Source: a virus
Virus record (IMG/VR): IMGVR_UViG_3300046168_000072
Coordinates: 57,276-121,275 of that record
Direction: 5' to 3' (one strand)
DNA length: 64,000 nt
Below, in pieces: positions 60,699 to 64,000 of the stretch (its first letter is position 1; every line of letters starts with the position of its first letter). Below the pieces are notes generated by a model. It saw only the letters and a program-made list of their open reading frames with translations, ran no database searches and was not told the origin of the DNA. Position numbers and translations under genes: made by a program.

Positions 60699-62490
60699 AT
60701 GATCATTTCTTCTATAGATTACAGTAACCTGCCATCTCCTTTATATACTGATGGCTTAACTGGAGAATATGCGTTACAGCCTTACTTAAACTTAGGCGGT
60801 TCTTCACGTGGAAGCATTAAGTTGAGACGTTTTTCTGTTTCCGTGGAGGAGTTGAGTGAGGAAGTTAGGCCGACTGGAGTACCGACTGGAGTATCAGGCA
60901 AAATTCAAACTTTTGCGCTAGATACCAACGATCTTTATGAAAAAGGACCTAATAACTTTCAGTACGGTGAAGATGGAAAATCAAGTTACAATGAAGAAGC
61001 TCTTAGTGGAGTAGATGTTTACGAAAAGTATGACGGACCCCCTAATTTAGTAATGGGTCTACCTGTGAAGCTGCAAAAAGTTTACTTCATGGGAGAGCGA
61101 AGAACCAAAGAAGGATACCCAGTTAACTGCAAAAGCGGAAAGTACAATGCTCGAGTCGATGCTTATAGCGCTTATTTTTTATGCGCAGACCCAATTAGAC
61201 AAAAGCAAGGTCTCACAAAACAATCTTAAATCGGGCTGCATTATAAATAAGAGAGGCCATTACGGAGCCCTAGATGGATCAAACTGTAACTGGTCTCAAT
61301 TCGATATTGGCAGTAGTTATAGTACAACCTCTGGATCAGATTTTTTCTCCGTCATCGCAAATAATACTTACCCCTCTTACATTCAAGGCGGGTTCTATTT
61401 TATACATGATGATGAAGGATCTGAGGTAAGCGGTCACTTTGATGCTAGGACTGGTTGGAGTGGATACTCTTTTAGTGATAATAATTTTAAATTATCATTT
61501 GATGCAACTACTGGGCACGGTTCTGGCACTATAGTTAATTATGAAATTATTAGTGGTTCTGGTTCTGGCGATAACGAAAATCAATATGAAGAAGGAGAAT
61601 TTGCCCCTAAGACTGGCGCTTTTAAATTCAGGCATAACTTAAGAATTCATTCTATATCTGAAGGAGAGTTTAAAGATGATTATTATCCCCTACAAAAAAC
61701 TTATTACGCAAACACAAATACTCTAGTAGTACAAATTTCAAGAAACAGTATCTTGGACACTCTAGGTTTTAATATGTATTCTGGTGATGTCTTGGTAGAC
61801 GTTGGCTCATGGACCGCGAATCCAATATCTGGATATCCTGCAAGCGGAGAACATTCAGCAACAGGAGACAATCCACAGCTTCAATTGACTGGCCATTATA
61901 TTACGCATGACGATTATCACCCTTATCTACAAGTTGGTGACCCAAATAGCACTCCTATATTTAGTTTTCTTCCAGGCTTTAGTTTGCCAAATGGTCGGCC
62001 AAATAGATTTCTACCATTTGCGCTCAAAAATAACAGATCTGCGATAGCTGTCCCTATGTTTTTTTTAGGGGAAAAAACAGCAGCCGAAAACATCACAAAT
62101 GCAAGTGGAAAAGTGCTAGTAGAAGCTACAGGTTCATTCACAGGAGAGTTAGTAGAAACAGGTCAACCTATCTCAAGTTATAGGTATCTCAAAGATTACT
62201 CAGGTTATCATAATGAGTTGGATTACTCTGGATTTTACGACAATAATATATTTTCTGATGAAGTTTTGGCTGTGGGATACGAAGGCGAGGCCATTACAAC
62301 AACCACTACCACTACAACTACCACCACAACTACTACTACAACAACCACTACAACAACCACTACCACAACCACTACCACAACCACTACCACTACCACAACC
62401 ACTACCACAACAACTACTACAACAAGCACAACAATAGCACCTACAACTACAACCCTAGAGCCCCCCTTAACTACCACAACTCAACCTTAA
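60699..62490 (+). CDS. Structural-type protein with a 43-Thr C-terminal tract, frameshifted near 61200
   Basis: Comparison with the downstream paralogue shows one extra A at about 61201. Corrected, it reads PIRQSKVSQNNLKSGCIINKRGHYG. Confidence 0.72.
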
Positions 62491-62929
62491 TGCATATATC
62501 CTCTATAGATTACAGCAACCTGCCATCTCCTTTATATACTGATGACGTAATTGGAGAATATGCGTTACAGCCTTACTTAAACTTAGGCGGTTCTTCACGT
62601 GCCAGTCTTAATTTGAAGCATTTTTCTGTTTTTGTTGAGGAGTTAAGTAAAGAAGCTAGGCCGATTGGAGTATCGACTAAAGCAGCAAAAAAAATTCAGA
62701 CCTTTGCGCTAGATACCAACGATCTTTATGAAAAAGGACCTAATAACTTTCAGTACGGTGAGGACGGAAAATCAGGTTACAATGAAGAAGCTCTTACTGG
62801 AGTAGATGTTTACGAAAAGTATGACGGACCCCCTAATTTAGCAATGGGTTTACCTGTGAAGCTGCAAAAAGTTTACTTCATGGGAGAACGAAGAACCAAA
62901 GAAGGGTATCCAGTTGATTGCGAAAGCGG
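60711..62929. repeat. ~430-bp direct repeat (60711-61138 and 62502-62929)
   Basis: Colinear copies offset by 1791 bp, with long identical stretches, encoding the N-termini of two tandem paralogues. Confidence 0.93.
62296..62424 (+). repeat. 43 consecutive Thr codons
   Basis: Mixed ACA/ACC/ACT codons. Confidence 0.95.
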
Positions 62930-64000
62930 CCAATACGCGCCTATGGTAGACAGTTATAGCTCCTATTTTTTGTGCTCAAATCCAATCAGGCAGAGCAAAA
63001 TCTCACAAGATTCAGAGTCTGGCAAAACAGGGTGCTATATCAATAAAAGAGGCCACTACGGATCTTTAAGTGGTACGGAACATGACTGGTCTGATTTTGA
63101 TATAGGAAGCCAAAGTCTTTTTCACAAAAGGTATCTCAGTTCATACCCAGCATATTTTTATCAAAGCGGATCGTCTTTCGCTTCTGGTTTAGAATCTAAT
63201 GGAAAGATTAAGTATGGTGTAAGTGGTTATCTAGATTCAACAGGAAGCCCTATTGATGATCCACACTATTTTAATGCATTTCAACAGTCAGGCGGAGGAA
63301 TGTTAACTTCAGGATGCAGACAATTAAAGCTTCAAGGATATCATGGAATCAATTTTGAATATGTTACAGGCTTAAATAGTACAGGCTATAAATTTGGCTT
63401 AAATATGCAGGAATACTTAAAGTATCCAGGTGAAGATATATGGGAAGTTATCAATGCCGACCCATCCGTATACTCCCCAGTCGATACGATAAAAGAATCT
63501 GGAGGATGGGATTATTGTAATATTACTGACCCCCGTTTTGCTCAAAATTATCTCTACGGTGATGACAGACATTACTATGATTTTTATCCTATTTTGCCAG
63601 GAAGAAGGTCGATTAACGAAATCAATAGCTATCCAGGAAGGATACCTAGATGGGTGGGCACCTCAACTCAGTTTGGTGGATTCGGTGGGACAGGTCCCTG
63701 GATTTACGCATCATTTAATTTTTTAAAAAATAATCATATTGCTTCTGGATTTTTAAGCACTGGATATGATTCAGGTAGTAACAGCCATGTTTTTCATATG
63801 TCGAAAAGCGGCATAATCAGCAGTTTAAAATACGATTTAAAAAAAGTTCCATTTAATTTTTTAAAACCTAATTATTCGTACAATACAGGCATGGCTACAG
63901 ACCCAACTGTTCCTACTCATGAGTTTTCAACGGGCGAATATCCAGTCGAAGAAGTTGAATTAGAAACAATGGGTTTAGGTGATTCGGAATCTATTGATTT
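62490..64000 (+). CDS. Paralogue of 60699-62490, runs off the right edge
   Basis: Not in the ORF track. TAATG-coupled start MHISSIDYSNLPSPLYTDD...; the same frame reads LETMGLGDSESID at the edge. Confidence 0.82.
   Translation, partial: MHISSIDYSNLPSPLYTDDVIGEYALQPYLNLGGSSRASLNLKHFSVFVEELSKEARPIGVSTKAAKKIQTFALDTNDLYEKGPNNFQYGEDGKSGYNEEALTGVDVYEKYDGPPNLAMGLPVKLQKVYFMGERRTKEGYPVDCESGQYAPMVDSYSSYFLCSNPIRQSKISQDSESGKTGCYINKRGHYGSLSGTEHDWSDFDIGSQSLFHKRYLSSYPAYFYQSGSSFASGLESNGKIKYGVSGYLDSTGSPIDDPHYFNAFQQSGGGMLTSGCRQLKLQGYHGINFEYVTGLNSTGYKFGLNMQEYLKYPGEDIWEVINADPSVYSPVDTIKESGGWDYCNITDPRFAQNYLYGDDRHYYDFYPILPGRRSINEINSYPGRIPRWVGTSTQFGGFGGTGPWIYASFNFLKNNHIASGFLSTGYDSGSNSHVFHMSKSGIISSLKYDLKKVPFNFLKPNYSYNTGMATDPTVPTHEFSTGEYPVEEVELETMGLGDSESID

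Noticed and set aside
14229-61229. About 15 frameshifted genes, many at homopolymers in GT genes, suggesting phase variation, programmed frameshifting or decay
   Set aside because: Core genes (ssb, dNMP kinase-like, sigma) are broken the same way. Breaks cluster at about 14-24 kb and 50-61 kb, while 0-14 kb and 25-50 kb appear clean. The 61201 break is a single extra A relative to its paralogue. Long-read or assembly indels explain this best; accurate reads are needed to rescue any case.
62213-62477. Gln/Pro/Leu-rich (+) and poly-Val (-) ORFs
   Set aside because: Alternate-frame and antisense readings of the poly-Thr tract.
60711-62929. Diversity-generating retroelement TR/VR pair
   Set aside because: No reverse transcriptase in the window, both copies are N-terminal coding regions, and the differences are not restricted to adenines.
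1-64000. Stop-codon reassignment (alternative genetic code)
   Set aside because: Long conserved genes are intact in code 11, all three stops terminate genes, and the breaks are frame changes rather than in-frame stops.
1-64000. tRNA, rRNA, introns/inteins in nrd genes, transposases
   Set aside because: None recognisable. Intergenic gaps are short, and nrdA/nrdB have normal uninterrupted lengths.

Overview
This AT-rich window reads as part of a large tailed-phage (jumbo-phage-like) genome. Genes are densely packed and often overlap (TAATG/ATGA). It carries class I ribonucleotide reductase genes (nrdA and nrdB, about 29.5 kb apart), SSB, a dNMP kinase-like gene, a phage sigma factor and virion/fibre-type proteins. 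I saw no cellular housekeeping operons, rRNA, tRNA or CRISPR. The dominant feature is a split glycan-biosynthesis island of about 40 minus-strand genes (about 12.1-37.0 kb and 43.6-51.5 kb). It encodes nucleotide-sugar enzymes (gmd, fcl, GDP-mannose 3,5-epimerase-like, rhamnose reductase-like, NDP-sugar dehydrogenase), about 20 glycosyltransferases including GT11, NodZ-like and an ABO-type GT6, six sulfotransferase domains, several methyltransferases and a pyruvyltransferase. It is flanked by four structural-type proteins with mucin-like Thr/Pro tracts and by a >2500-aa modular fibre protein that the ORF track misses. Best candidate novel system (inference): phage-built sulfated/fucosylated glycans on mucin-like virion proteins. 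Other points: NrdB has the class Ic (Mn/Fe, no radical Tyr) signature; a recurrent GTGTA motif is paired with start-codon-occluding hairpins; there is a Whirly-like protein, a MORC-like GHKL ATPase and a 29-aa cationic amphipathic small ORF. About 15 genes are frameshifted, mostly at homopolymers and including core genes, which most likely reflects sequencing or assembly indels. All family calls come from motif recognition by eye, not database searches.
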